46,864 nucleotides of DNA from contig CBFGJG010000012.1 of assembly GCA_965649055.1 (NCBI GenBank), positions 1 to 46,864 on the forward strand, written 5' to 3'. Under the pieces are notes generated by a model. That model saw only the letters and a program-made list of their open reading frames with translations. It was not told the origin of the DNA and ran no database searches. The stretch is from a candidate division WOR-3 bacterium. GTDB lineage: Bacteria; Hydrothermota; UBA3072; B12-G15. The stretch's first letter is position 1. The number at the start of each line of letters is the position of its first letter. The position numbers were made by a program, and so were the translations under genes. Positions 1 through 9,823 of this stretch are shown piece by piece.

Positions 1-84
1 AAGATTTACAATGAAGATCTTCGCAGGTTTTGCAAAAATCCCCAATGCAATGAACAAAACCATAACCAACATAAACTTTTTCAT
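1..84 (-). CDS. 5' fragment of a secreted protein, paralog of the gene at 21115..21807 (runs off the window edge)
   Basis: Reverse complement reads AAAAGGGAGGATTTT-ATG followed by MKKFMLVMVLFIALGIFAKPAKIFIVNL, identical to the first 28 aa of the 21115 ORF. Not in the ORF track because it is truncated. Confidence 0.85.
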   Translation of the reverse strand, partial: MKKFMLVMVLFIALGIFAKPAKIFIVNL

Positions 85-99
85 AAAATCCTCCCTTTT
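1..99 (-). repeat. Inverted repeat copy 1 (partner 21100..21198)
   Basis: 98/99 nt identical to the reverse complement of 21100..21198. The single difference is synonymous (TTG vs CTG; position 45 vs 21154). Confidence 0.95.
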
Positions 100-140
100 T
101 AATTTATTTATATGAAAGATAAAAAAAGTCAAGAAAATTC

Positions 141-169
141 TTGAATTTTTAAAAAATTTTTGTTAAATT
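141..169 (+). promoter_or_regulatory. Sigma70-type promoter, probably giving a leaderless transcript
   Basis: TTGAAT (141-146), 17-nt spacer, TG-extended TAAATT (164-169), ATG 6 nt later, no Shine-Dalgarno sequence. Confidence 0.55.
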
Positions 170-175
170 ATTTAT

Positions 176-1582
176 ATGTCAGAAGATAAATTATTATATT
201 TTCTTGGGAGCACTTTAAGCAAATTGTATCTTTTAAAAGAACAAGAAGAAGTATTAAAAGAGATACTTATCTTCATTTCAAATATTTCAGGAAGTATTAA
301 GAGTTCTTTACTCATGCTAAAAAATAATCCAAAAAAGATTTTATACGAATATTCCAAACCAGATAGAAAATTTACAATAAGAAAGAGTGATATAAAACTT
401 GACTCTAAGACAATCACAGATGTATTGAGTAAAGGTGAAATTGTCAATACGAAAGAAATCAGTGAAATGTTTCTTATTCCTTTGAAATTTCTAAATGATA
501 TTCAGGGTATAATCTTTGTCCAGAAGAAAAGTTTTAAAAAAACAGAAATAAAAAGATTAATTGAACTTGCTCCGATAATTGCATTTTTAGTATTAAATTC
601 AAGATTATACAATTATATGGATAGTTTAATAAAAGAATTAAGGATTTCCTACGAGATATCCACTGCTTTAATTGAAGAGATTAATCTTGACAGAATAATA
701 GAAAGAATTTTTACAGAAATAAGAAGTCATTTTGGTTTTGAAATAATTGGCCTATTCCTGCTTGATGAAGAGAAAAATCTGACACTGGAATATACAGTGG
801 AAGAAAACAGACCTTTTAAAGGTTTAAAGATAAAATACGGTGAAGGTATAACAGGGTATGCGGTTAAGACAGGTGAACCATATTATGCACCTGATGTAAG
901 GAAGGTTCCATTCTATATAGAAGGGATTAAAAGTGTTCTTTCTGAATTTGCAATACCTTTAAAATTCAAAGATAGAATAATAGGTGTTCTTGATATAAAC
1001 AGTAAAAAACTTGATGATTTCCCTGATTCAACGAGAAAATTGCTTGTCTCACTTGCTGCAATTATTGCTGTCTCACTTGAAAACGCGAGATTGTTTGAAA
1101 AGACGGAATTGCTTTCAAAGATGGATATGCTTACAGGTGTTTTGAACAGAAGAAGCATAGAATTAGAGATTGAGAAATTTCTAAAAAAATGTAAGGAAGA
1201 GAACAAAAATCTTACAATCTTCTTCTTGGATTTAGACCATTTTAAAGAGTTCAATGACAGATTCGGTCATCAGAAAGGTGATGAGGTATTAAGATTATTC
1301 TGTGATACTATGAGGAAGAGATTGAAAGAGGAAGTCTGCGGCAGGTATGGTGGGGATGAATTTATATGTGTGTTCTTTGATAAAGAGGTTGAATATATCC
1401 TTAGTTTGGGAAGATTGTTATTAAAAGATACAGCATATTCAAAAAAACTTAAAGGTATCACACTATCAATAGGTGTAAGTTATTATCCTGATGATGGCGA
1501 TACAACTGATGAACTTATAAGAATTGCAGATAAAAGATGTTATGATGCAAAAAAACTTGGTGGAAACAGGATAAATTTTTAA
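176..1582 (+). CDS. GAF-domain diguanylate cyclase (two GAF-like domains plus GGDEF)
   Basis: GAF motifs (GEGITGYAVKTGEP, SEFAIPLKFKDRIIGVLDINS) and GGDEF motifs (DMLTGVLNRR, DLDHFKEFNDRFGHQKGD, RYGGDEF). Confidence 0.93.
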   Translation: MSEDKLLYFLGSTLSKLYLLKEQEEVLKEILIFISNISGSIKSSLLMLKNNPKKILYEYSKPDRKFTIRKSDIKLDSKTITDVLSKGEIVNTKEISEMFLIPLKFLNDIQGIIFVQKKSFKKTEIKRLIELAPIIAFLVLNSRLYNYMDSLIKELRISYEISTALIEEINLDRIIERIFTEIRSHFGFEIIGLFLLDEEKNLTLEYTVEENRPFKGLKIKYGEGITGYAVKTGEPYYAPDVRKVPFYIEGIKSVLSEFAIPLKFKDRIIGVLDINSKKLDDFPDSTRKLLVSLAAIIAVSLENARLFEKTELLSKMDMLTGVLNRRSIELEIEKFLKKCKEENKNLTIFFLDLDHFKEFNDRFGHQKGDEVLRLFCDTMRKRLKEEVCGRYGGDEFICVFFDKEVEYILSLGRLLLKDTAYSKKLKGITLSIGVSYYPDDGDTTDELIRIADKRCYDAKKLGGNRINF

Positions 1583-1594
1583 AGGAGGTTTTTT

Positions 1595-2698
1595 ATGATA
1601 TTTTTTTTCTTGATTTTATCATTCCAGCCACAAGGTGAAATGAAGATGAACCTTGAGGTTATTGGTGATATTGGTGCAAATACAAAGACTGAACTTGTAA
1701 AACTTGAGAATGTAAAGGCATCAGAGATAGAACCTTTTGTATCTTCAAGGCTTACAAAATATGGTTCTTGCCAGGTAAATGACCCAATGAATATGTTGAT
1801 TATAACAGATTATGAACCAAAACTTAAAGACATAATAGATTTTGTGAAGAAGATTGACAAGATGGGGACGAAGGAGTTCTTAAAATTAAAGACACTTTCA
1901 ATCCCTGTAAACTATATTTTACCATCAACTATACTCGGTGCATTGAAATCAAGATTATCACCGGAAGGGAAGATAGATGCAAATGATGAACTTGGAATAA
2001 TAATAGTGACAGATGTTGAAAGTAAGATACAGGATGTGATGCAGGTTATCCTTATGCTTGATACACCACCAAGGCAGGTTTTTTTGAAAGGAAAGATAAT
2101 AGAGATTACGAAAGAAAAGGCAATGAATTTAGGGATAAATGAGTTTGATTTAATCAAAGGTATTAATGTTTTTGCAGAAGGTTCAATATCCAAATCTTCA
2201 TCAGAGGAACCATCATATACTATAAATGGAAATGCTTATATTGTTTTCTCTATTTCCCAACTTGAACAGATGGAAGCAAAGATTGGTAAGGATTATTCGA
2301 AGGAATTTTCAATAATAGTTTTGAATAACAATCCCGGTAAAATACCTATAGGCGATGATAAATATATTGTATTGACACCACACATTGGATACAAAGGATA
2401 TATAAATTTTAAGATAGAGATCCAAAGGAAAATAAAAGAGACTCTAAACTTTTATCTTGAAAAAAATGATTATTATAGGTTTTTCAATGAATTTGAGACG
2501 AATGTGAGTCTTTATAACAATGATACACTTATCATTTCAGGCGTAAAGACAATCGGTAAAGAAAAGGTTGAAAGAGGAATCCCTGTTATTAAAAATATTC
2601 CCATATTAGGATACCTGTTCAAAAGAGAAGCCATTATTGATACTGAAAATACACTTATAATTGTTATTTACCCTGAAATCCTACCATTGGGAAAATGA
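1595..2698 (+). CDS. Short secretin-like protein (GspD/PilQ family, Secretin_N repeats plus reduced secretin domain)
   Basis: Two N-domain-like repeats (MNMLIITD; LGIIIVTD...LDTPPRQV) and the C-terminal secretin motif RGIPVIKNIPILGYLFK...LIIVIYPEIL. GGAGG RBS. Confidence 0.8.
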   Translation: MIFFFLILSFQPQGEMKMNLEVIGDIGANTKTELVKLENVKASEIEPFVSSRLTKYGSCQVNDPMNMLIITDYEPKLKDIIDFVKKIDKMGTKEFLKLKTLSIPVNYILPSTILGALKSRLSPEGKIDANDELGIIIVTDVESKIQDVMQVILMLDTPPRQVFLKGKIIEITKEKAMNLGINEFDLIKGINVFAEGSISKSSSEEPSYTINGNAYIVFSISQLEQMEAKIGKDYSKEFSIIVLNNNPGKIPIGDDKYIVLTPHIGYKGYINFKIEIQRKIKETLNFYLEKNDYYRFFNEFETNVSLYNNDTLIISGVKTIGKEKVERGIPVIKNIPILGYLFKREAIIDTENTLIIVIYPEILPLGK

Positions 2699-2713
2699 TT
2701 TTGAAAATTTGTC

Positions 2714-2742
2714 TTGACAAGATTAAAATTTTGTATTAAATT
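2714..2742 (+). promoter_or_regulatory. Sigma70-type promoter
   Basis: TTGACA (2714-2719), 17-nt spacer, TAAATT (2737-2742). GGGAGG RBS before ATG 2766. Confidence 0.6.
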
Positions 2743-2765
2743 TAAAAAAAAGAAGGGAGGTCTTT

Positions 2766-5708
2766 ATGTTAAACCGTTTTTTGAAGTTTTTTGTTTTTAC
2801 CCTTCTTGTTTTTTCTTTATCTTTATTCTCCAAAGAAGGGATTTGGAAATCAGGTTATCTACCAGTTGATTACAACAGGGTAGAAAAAAGCATCTTTACG
2901 GGTTATAGTAAGGCAGGTAATACTGTGATTCTTCAGGAAGACTTTGAGGATGTATGGCCAGGATGGACATATGTTGATGGAAACTCTGATGGGGTCTTCT
3001 GGCAGGTTGGAACAACAAATGATCTATCTTCTTACACACCACCTGATTATGGAACACAATATGCATTCTATTCAGATGATGATGCTGGCCCTGGCATAAA
3101 CACGAATGAAGAATGGATATCACCTGCTTTAGGGATTCCACCTTATTCAGATTCCTTGAAACTTCAATATGGATGGGGTTTCAATATATGGGAGCCAGGT
3201 GAAGAACTGCGTGTTTATGCAAGGTTTTTTAATGGCTCATGGGGTTCATGGAACCTAATTCAGACTTATAATGCAGATGGTTCAGGGACAGAGGAAATAG
3301 ACCTATCAGGTTACCTTCCTGCTGATTCAGTTCAGGTCAGATGGCTTTACAATGATGAAGCATCAAGTATCCATTATGGTTGGGCCTGTGCAGTTGATAA
3401 TGTTATTATAACTGCACATGTTCCACAATGGATAGTTTCTGTAACACCACCTGATGGTTCTACAGGTATTCCTGGGAATGCTTTAATACAGGCAAAGTTC
3501 ATAACTGCAATGAAACCTTCTACGATAAACACAAACAATGTTTATCTAAGGACATTCACAACAGGTCCTGGTGGTGGTGCTTGGTCTTTACCGATTTCAG
3601 GTTCTGTTACATATAATCCAAATGACAGCACTGTTACTTTCGTACCAACAGGCGTGTGGCTTGCTGATAATCAGGAATATTATTTAACCATATCAGGGAA
3701 TGTCCAGGATACAAATGGTGTTCCTATGGGGAGTGATTATACATGGAGCTGGACAACATATCCACAAACACATATTGAAAGGGCATTCATAGCAAATGGT
3801 AGATTCAGGGAAGGTCTTAAAGGTTGGAGGATATATAGCCTTCAAGGAACAGGTACTTCTCAGCCTAACACAGTGGACTTAATTGATCTTGGTGGCGAGA
3901 ATTATGCTGCCCGTATAGTAAGGACACAGACAGCCCTGGATGGTGGTGTGTTAGGGATTACACAACAGATTGACGGTTATGTAGGTCCTGTCCCATATCT
4001 ATATCTTACAGCTGATTTATATCTTGCAAGTGGTTACCCACCTTCATTAAGGAATGTCCGTGTTATTGTGAGCACTTCGAAAGGTAACTGGGTTGGGACA
4101 TACACAACAGTCGGTTCATGGATGCATATTGTTTCACCCAACTTAATAGAAGAACTTGGCCTTGAATCAGATGATGTTATAAACTATGTCTTTATTGGTA
4201 ATAATAGTTATGCATGGGGATTTGAGATTTATGTTGACAATGTTGGTTTCTCATATGTTAAGGATGGAAGTATACCTAATGTGTTACTCTTGAGTGCTGA
4301 ATCTGATTTTACCTATTTAAGAGAAAATCTTATGCAGTTCGGTGATATAACAAATGTTGATTATCTTAATGGTACCAGCAATATCCCAACATTATCCTAT
4401 CTTTCAAACTACGATGCAGTTATTGTTATAGATGGCAATTATGGATGGGCAGACGATACAGCAATGGGTGATACACTATATCAATACTTGCAAAATGGTG
4501 GTGGGATAGTTATGGGTGGAGTATGTTGGGACCCACAACCAGGGGGAACTTATTCTTTGGCTGGTCTTAATGGTTCTATTATGTCTCCTGGTGCAAATCC
4601 ATATACAAAAGATATTGGAAGTATTTTTGATTATTATTCTCTTGGCTGGTTCGATCCATATCATCCTGTTATGTGGGATGTGGATGAGTTTGGTGGACTC
4701 GTTTATGATTCAGTTACACTTTCACCATGGGCAGATACAATAGCAAAATTCGCAGGTCATACATTCGGTATAGCAGCAAAACAGCAGTTCGTAGGAATAC
4801 CAGGATACTGGGGTTGGCAAACTGGATGGACAGGATGTCCTTATGGTGATTATGTAGAACTTATACACAATGCAATTATGTGGTCAGTCCATCCATTTAT
4901 AAATGGTGGATTCCAGACAGGTGATAGACTCGGATGGACATTCTATAATATTCAGGGTGTAGGTCAACCAGAGACACAATATGAGATAGTTTCTGTTGGT
5001 GGTGAGATAGGGAATGCATTGAGGATGTATAGGGCTCATTGTTTTGATGGCGGTATGGGTGAGATGTTCCAGAGATTTAAGGAGGATGTCTCTGGTTGGA
5101 CAAATGTGACATTGAGTTTCTATGTAAGGATAGATTTACAGGAACAGCAAGGTAATCTTGCATTGTACCATGAATATCCTGCACAGGTTCATGTTCTTTA
5201 TGAAAATAGTTACGGTGGCAAACAATATTTCGTCAAATACTTCTATCTTAATGCAACGAATGTTGACCCTGAGGCAGAACAGCTACCATCAGCAGGTGTC
5301 TGGTACTTAAAACAATATGACCTTAAGGCTACTAAACTTGATATTCAGAAGATACTTGGTGTATACCTTTCATCTTCTGGTTGGGGATTTGATGCATACT
5401 TTGCTGATGTGAAGATAGTGAATTCACCTGTTGGGATTGAAGAAGAGAAAAAGAATCTTAAGGTTGAACTCCTGAATGGTTTTGGCTCAAATACTGAGAT
5501 AAGATTATTCATACCTGAAAAAGGGAAGGTGAATATATCTTTATTCAATATATCAGGTCAGAAGGTGAAGGATATATTCTCCGGTAACCTTGATAAAGGA
5601 TACAGGAATTTCAGTATTGATGGTAATTCCCTGCCGCAGGGCATCTATTTTGTTAATGTCCAGTGTGGCAAGGAAACAGTCTCAAAGAAATTTGTGATAG
5701 TTAAATAA
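2766..5708 (+). CDS. Secreted multidomain surface protein: MAM/choice-of-anchor-like domain, Big_5 Ig-like domain, two CBM-like jelly rolls, GATase-like domain, C-terminal T9SS/FlgD-like sorting domain
   Basis: Signal peptide; EDFE...AVDNVIIT jelly roll; VSVTPPDGSTG...DYTWSWTT (Big_5); two NGxF...GW...WGF repeats; C-terminus ISLFNISGQKVK...LPQGIYFV...KKFVIVK. Confidence 0.75.
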   Translation: MLNRFLKFFVFTLLVFSLSLFSKEGIWKSGYLPVDYNRVEKSIFTGYSKAGNTVILQEDFEDVWPGWTYVDGNSDGVFWQVGTTNDLSSYTPPDYGTQYAFYSDDDAGPGINTNEEWISPALGIPPYSDSLKLQYGWGFNIWEPGEELRVYARFFNGSWGSWNLIQTYNADGSGTEEIDLSGYLPADSVQVRWLYNDEASSIHYGWACAVDNVIITAHVPQWIVSVTPPDGSTGIPGNALIQAKFITAMKPSTINTNNVYLRTFTTGPGGGAWSLPISGSVTYNPNDSTVTFVPTGVWLADNQEYYLTISGNVQDTNGVPMGSDYTWSWTTYPQTHIERAFIANGRFREGLKGWRIYSLQGTGTSQPNTVDLIDLGGENYAARIVRTQTALDGGVLGITQQIDGYVGPVPYLYLTADLYLASGYPPSLRNVRVIVSTSKGNWVGTYTTVGSWMHIVSPNLIEELGLESDDVINYVFIGNNSYAWGFEIYVDNVGFSYVKDGSIPNVLLLSAESDFTYLRENLMQFGDITNVDYLNGTSNIPTLSYLSNYDAVIVIDGNYGWADDTAMGDTLYQYLQNGGGIVMGGVCWDPQPGGTYSLAGLNGSIMSPGANPYTKDIGSIFDYYSLGWFDPYHPVMWDVDEFGGLVYDSVTLSPWADTIAKFAGHTFGIAAKQQFVGIPGYWGWQTGWTGCPYGDYVELIHNAIMWSVHPFINGGFQTGDRLGWTFYNIQGVGQPETQYEIVSVGGEIGNALRMYRAHCFDGGMGEMFQRFKEDVSGWTNVTLSFYVRIDLQEQQGNLALYHEYPAQVHVLYENSYGGKQYFVKYFYLNATNVDPEAEQLPSAGVWYLKQYDLKATKLDIQKILGVYLSSSGWGFDAYFADVKIVNSPVGIEEEKKNLKVELLNGFGSNTEIRLFIPEKGKVNISLFNISGQKVKDIFSGNLDKGYRNFSIDGNSLPQGIYFVNVQCGKETVSKKFVIVK

Positions 5709-5711
5709 TCT

Positions 5712-5734
5712 AAAGGGGGCTTTATGCCCCCTTT
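5712..5734 (+). terminator. Rho-independent terminator hairpin
   Basis: AAAGGGGGC-TTTAT-GCCCCCTTT directly after the stop codon. Confidence 0.85.
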
Positions 5735-5781
5735 CTTAAAATAATCACTTGATTTTTCCTAAATAATAATAATATTTAATT

Positions 5782-6846
5782 ATGAGGAAAGGTATAGCAA
5801 ATCTTCCATTACATTATGGTTCTGCACCTAAATGGCTTTTTGAAAGGATGAAAATCCTTTCTTCTAAAATTATAGAAATAATAATAATCGAATTTGGTTT
5901 TGATGAATTTCTAAGAAGAATCTCTGACCCGTATTTCTTTCAAAGTTTAGGATGTGTCCTTGGTTTTGACTGGCATTCATCAGGTTTAACGACAACCTTA
6001 ACAGCAGCAATCAAGGAAGGTATTAAAGGGAAAGAGAAAGAACTTGGGATTTTTATAGCAGGTGGGAAAGGGAAGGCATCAAGGAAAACACCTGAAGAGA
6101 TTAGGCTATATTGTGAAAAGACAGGTATTGATGCGGAAAAACTTATCTATAATTCAAGGATGGCTGCAAAGGTAGATACTTCAGGTTTACAGGATGGCTA
6201 TAATCTTTACCATCACACATTCATATTCACAAAATCAGGTAATTGGGCAGTTATTCAACAGGGTATGAATCCTGAAATAAAGATGGCAAGGAGATACCAT
6301 TGGTTAAAAGAAGGTCTTGATAGTTTTGTCATAGAGCCACATAAGGCTATTCAGTGTGATAAAAAAGGGATTGTATTGAATATGGTCTCAAAGGAAAGTA
6401 TTGATGCACAAGGAATATCTGTTCAATTGTGCAATGAACATCCTGAAAAAACGATTAAATATATAGAAAGAATCCTTAATATGAAAAGAGAACATCCGAT
6501 TTATCTGAGTGATATAAATCCCGAAAGGATTAAGAAAATCTTGCTTAAGACCTATGAAAGACAACCGGAAGATTTTGAGAAACTTCTTGGTATGGAAGGT
6601 GTTGGACCTAAGACAATCAGGGCACTTGCACTTGTATCTGAGATTATTTTTGGGGCAAACCCTTCTTACAAAGACCCTGTAAGTTTCACATTTGCACATG
6701 GCGGTAAAGACGGTTATCCATATCCTGTTGATAGAAAAACCTACGATAGAACGATACAGGTTATGGAGAAGGCAATAAAAGAAGCAAGGATTGGGGATAA
6801 AGAAAAGATAAATACTTTAAAAAGGTTAAATTTTATTTTTCCGTGA
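5782..6846 (+). CDS. DUF763 family protein
   Basis: Family motifs ANLPLHYGSAPKWLF, GFDWHSSGLTT, VIQQGMN, GVGPKTIRALAL, FAHGGKDGYPYPV. Confidence 0.88.
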   Translation: MRKGIANLPLHYGSAPKWLFERMKILSSKIIEIIIIEFGFDEFLRRISDPYFFQSLGCVLGFDWHSSGLTTTLTAAIKEGIKGKEKELGIFIAGGKGKASRKTPEEIRLYCEKTGIDAEKLIYNSRMAAKVDTSGLQDGYNLYHHTFIFTKSGNWAVIQQGMNPEIKMARRYHWLKEGLDSFVIEPHKAIQCDKKGIVLNMVSKESIDAQGISVQLCNEHPEKTIKYIERILNMKREHPIYLSDINPERIKKILLKTYERQPEDFEKLLGMEGVGPKTIRALALVSEIIFGANPSYKDPVSFTFAHGGKDGYPYPVDRKTYDRTIQVMEKAIKEARIGDKEKINTLKRLNFIFP

Positions 6847-6953
6847 TTTCTTCATATATTTCAATAAAATTTTCCTCCAACTATCTTTTCCATCTATATT
6901 AGATCTTTTGTATATCCTCTCTCTTATTTTTTTTCACAAAAACATTATAAAAT

Positions 6954-7745
6954 TTATTCTTCTAATTCCTCATTTTCCAATTTAAATTCTGCTTTTTTGT
7001 AATTGCCTGGTATTGTAAACATAGAGTTTGGTATATTCTCTTTAACAATATTTGAAATTATTGTTTCTGTTTTAGTTTCATCTGTCAATTTGTTATTTCC
7101 ATCATAGGTTTTTCTTGTGACTATGGTCTTCAATGCAAAACCAATATCTTTTGTTGCAGCCATCTCTTTTTCAAGTAATTCATCAAGTGCTTTAAAACCT
7201 ATTTTAAATGAACTCTTCTTAAATCCACTGAAAACCCCTGCGAACAAATCTTCATTTGTTGCCCATATTTCCCTTGTCTCCTGCGTCTTCATCTTTACGG
7301 TCATTATCATTATCTTCATCTCTGTTTCATAGGAGGAATTAATGATATAATGATTACATTGATACCCGTTAAATGTTTCTTTACCGAGATTCTTCACTTC
7401 AACCTTAGGGTTCATAATCTTTATATCCATAATGTTCCCAAAACCTTCCATTATTTTTGACAGAGAATCCATCGGGATTTCAATGTATTCCTTCTCTTTT
7501 GTATCAACAATAGATATTGTATTATTGTTACCATTGTATAACCAGTAACTTCCTTCTTCATAAAGTATTTCCTTACCCGAGACATCAACATAATCAATCC
7601 TTACAAAATTTCCTTCTGCATACCCTTTTGATTTCAATGTTGAAGTTCCACTTTTTCCTGTTGATGTTGTTGTGGTTTCCCACTTAACACCTGCAAAGAG
7701 GCTTAAAAAGACAAGTAATAACAAAGATACCTTAAAAAATCTCAT
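6954..7745 (-). CDS. Secreted DUF4412-like protein
   Basis: Signal peptide; GKETFNGYQCNHY and EIWAT motifs; C-terminal IPNSMFTIPGNYKK. Confidence 0.75.
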   Translation of the reverse strand: MRFFKVSLLLLVFLSLFAGVKWETTTTSTGKSGTSTLKSKGYAEGNFVRIDYVDVSGKEILYEEGSYWLYNGNNNTISIVDTKEKEYIEIPMDSLSKIMEGFGNIMDIKIMNPKVEVKNLGKETFNGYQCNHYIINSSYETEMKIMIMTVKMKTQETREIWATNEDLFAGVFSGFKKSSFKIGFKALDELLEKEMAATKDIGFALKTIVTRKTYDGNNKLTDETKTETIISNIVKENIPNSMFTIPGNYKKAEFKLENEELEE

Positions 7746-7757
7746 ACCATCTCCTTT

Positions 7758-8339
7758 TTAAAATTTTTCAATGTGTAAAATCTTCTCTAAATTTTTCTTT
7801 GGAACAAAAACCTTTCCATCTTTTTTGAATGGTTTTGATGTGCTATCGGTATCCACTGCCAGAGGAATATTTTCAGGATAACCAAGTGCTATAATCCCAA
7901 AAATTGTTATATATTCGGGGATACCAAGAAAATTAGCAAGCTCTTTTTTGTTTTTTACCGAACCTATCCAGCATGAACCAATACCATAAGACCATGCTGC
8001 TAATATTATATTTTCAATACACGCACCAAGTGATGCAATAACAGGGACACTCTTTAAGTTTTTCTCTTCGGTAAGAACAATAATATAAGCAGTAGGTCTT
8101 GATTTCTTATCAGGTTCAAAGAGCCATCCTGTATGACTAAAGATGGTATCGCGATTCTCTTTTACAACAATAAATTCCCATGGTTGTATATTGTGAGGTG
8201 AAGGTGCCAATCTTCCTGCATCAACAACATCCTTCAAAACTTCCAGAGAAATTTCTTCCTGTTTATATTCCCTTACAGACCTCCTTGTTTTTATTAATTC
8301 TATCAGATCATTATCAAGGTAAAGTATTATAAAGAGCAT
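7758..8339 (-). CDS. Nitroreductase family protein
   Basis: RRSVREY, APSPHNIQPWEF, ENIILAAWSYGIGSCWIG, ALGYP. Confidence 0.9.
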   Translation of the reverse strand: MLFIILYLDNDLIELIKTRRSVREYKQEEISLEVLKDVVDAGRLAPSPHNIQPWEFIVVKENRDTIFSHTGWLFEPDKKSRPTAYIIVLTEEKNLKSVPVIASLGACIENIILAAWSYGIGSCWIGSVKNKKELANFLGIPEYITIFGIIALGYPENIPLAVDTDSTSKPFKKDGKVFVPKKNLEKILHIEKF

Positions 8340-9823
8340 AAAGTGTTCAAGAATTCAACTATGGTTCTAAAGCCATATCCTGTTGCACCTTTCACATTAT
8401 AAAAATCAGTCCTCTCTGTAAATTCTTTACCCGCTATATCTATGTGAACCCATTTTGATTTTTCAACAAAATTACTTAAGAAAATCCCACCAAGTATTGG
8501 TGATGCAGCCTGACCACCTGAATTTTTAATATCTGCAACCTCGCTTTTAAGTTTTTCTCTATATTCTTCGAATAATGGCATCTCCCATATCTTCTCACCT
8601 GTTTTTTCTATATTATTTTTCAGGATCTCTACAATCTCTTTATTTCCCATCATACAGGATGAAACATCACCAAATGCAACGAATGAACCACCTGTTAATG
8701 TTGCAATATCAAGTATATACCCTGCACCCTGTTTTTCTGCAAAACATATTGCATCTGCAAGTATCATCCTTCCCTCTGCATCAGTAGATATTATCTCTAT
8801 TGTCTTCCCGTTCATCGCACGGACAACATCACCTGGTCTTGATGCGGAACCAGAAGGCATATTCTCAACAGCCGGGATAATACACATAAGATTAAGGTCA
8901 ATATCATTAAGAATTGCATATAAAAATGCCCCGAAAACAGCTGCGCTACCAGCCATATCACCCTTCATATGCCTTATCCCTTCAGATGTCTTCAAATTTA
9001 TTCCACCAGAATCAAATGTAATACCTTTTCCTATTATGGATACTGCTTTATCATTATTTTTCTTTTTGTTTCTTAAAACAATAAATCTTGGTTCATTTGA
9101 ACTTCCTTTCCCAACGGAGAGTAATGCACCCATTCCAAGTTCTTCCATCTTTTTTTTATCAAATACTTCTATTTCTATCTTCTCCTTTATACCCAATTCC
9201 ACAATTATTTCTTTCACCTTTCTTTCATATAGTTCAGGTGTTAATTCATTTGGTGGTTCATTAACAAGATCCCTGACTATATTCTGGCATTTTCCCCTTA
9301 TTTCTCCAATCCTTATACCTTCTTTAATATCGTTTAATCTTGAGTTATCCATCTCAATAATACTTATGTTTATTTCACCTTTCATCTTCTTATTTTTATA
9401 TTTATCGAATGAATAATCAGCAAGTATGCTTCCCTCTGTGAATGCTATCGCAGCATCTTTTATGTTAATCCCACCTTCACCTACTCCGTGAAGTATACTT
9501 CCCGCATCTTTTATCTTTAATCCTTTCAATTTTTTCACTATTGAGCCTTGAATCTTTCTTATTTCCTCTATACCGAATTTTTCCTTCTCACCAAGCCCGG
9601 CAATTAAGACCCATTTCGAATTTATTTTTCCACATGTGTTTATAACCAGTATTTCCCCAAGATTCGCTTCAAAATTTTCTATAATATTTGATATCTCACC
9701 TGATAAAGCAACATCAACAGCCAAAGTTGCACCTTTCGGGGTTTTAACACCTTTAAAAAGATTCACAACTATAGCATCACCTTTAAATTCCGTGATGTTA
9801 CCTTTTTTTAGATTTATCTTCAT
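8327..9823 (-). CDS. pepA: Leucyl aminopeptidase (M17)
   Basis: GKGITFDSGG, MKGDMAG, STDAEGR, DIATLTG, WVHIDIAG. Confidence 0.95.
   Translation of the reverse strand: MKINLKKGNITEFKGDAIVVNLFKGVKTPKGATLAVDVALSGEISNIIENFEANLGEILVINTCGKINSKWVLIAGLGEKEKFGIEEIRKIQGSIVKKLKGLKIKDAGSILHGVGEGGINIKDAAIAFTEGSILADYSFDKYKNKKMKGEINISIIEMDNSRLNDIKEGIRIGEIRGKCQNIVRDLVNEPPNELTPELYERKVKEIIVELGIKEKIEIEVFDKKKMEELGMGALLSVGKGSSNEPRFIVLRNKKKNNDKAVSIIGKGITFDSGGINLKTSEGIRHMKGDMAGSAAVFGAFLYAILNDIDLNLMCIIPAVENMPSGSASRPGDVVRAMNGKTIEIISTDAEGRMILADAICFAEKQGAGYILDIATLTGGSFVAFGDVSSCMMGNKEIVEILKNNIEKTGEKIWEMPLFEEYREKLKSEVADIKNSGGQAASPILGGIFLSNFVEKSKWVHIDIAGKEFTERTDFYNVKGATGYGFRTIVEFLNTLCSL

Noticed and set aside
6828..6949. 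Possible small minus-strand ORF: TATAAT, 6 nt, GTG at 6937, with an A8 tract; 12 aa, or 36 aa after a one-base slip
   Set aside because: No -35 element and no recognisable homology; such patterns arise easily in AT-rich DNA.
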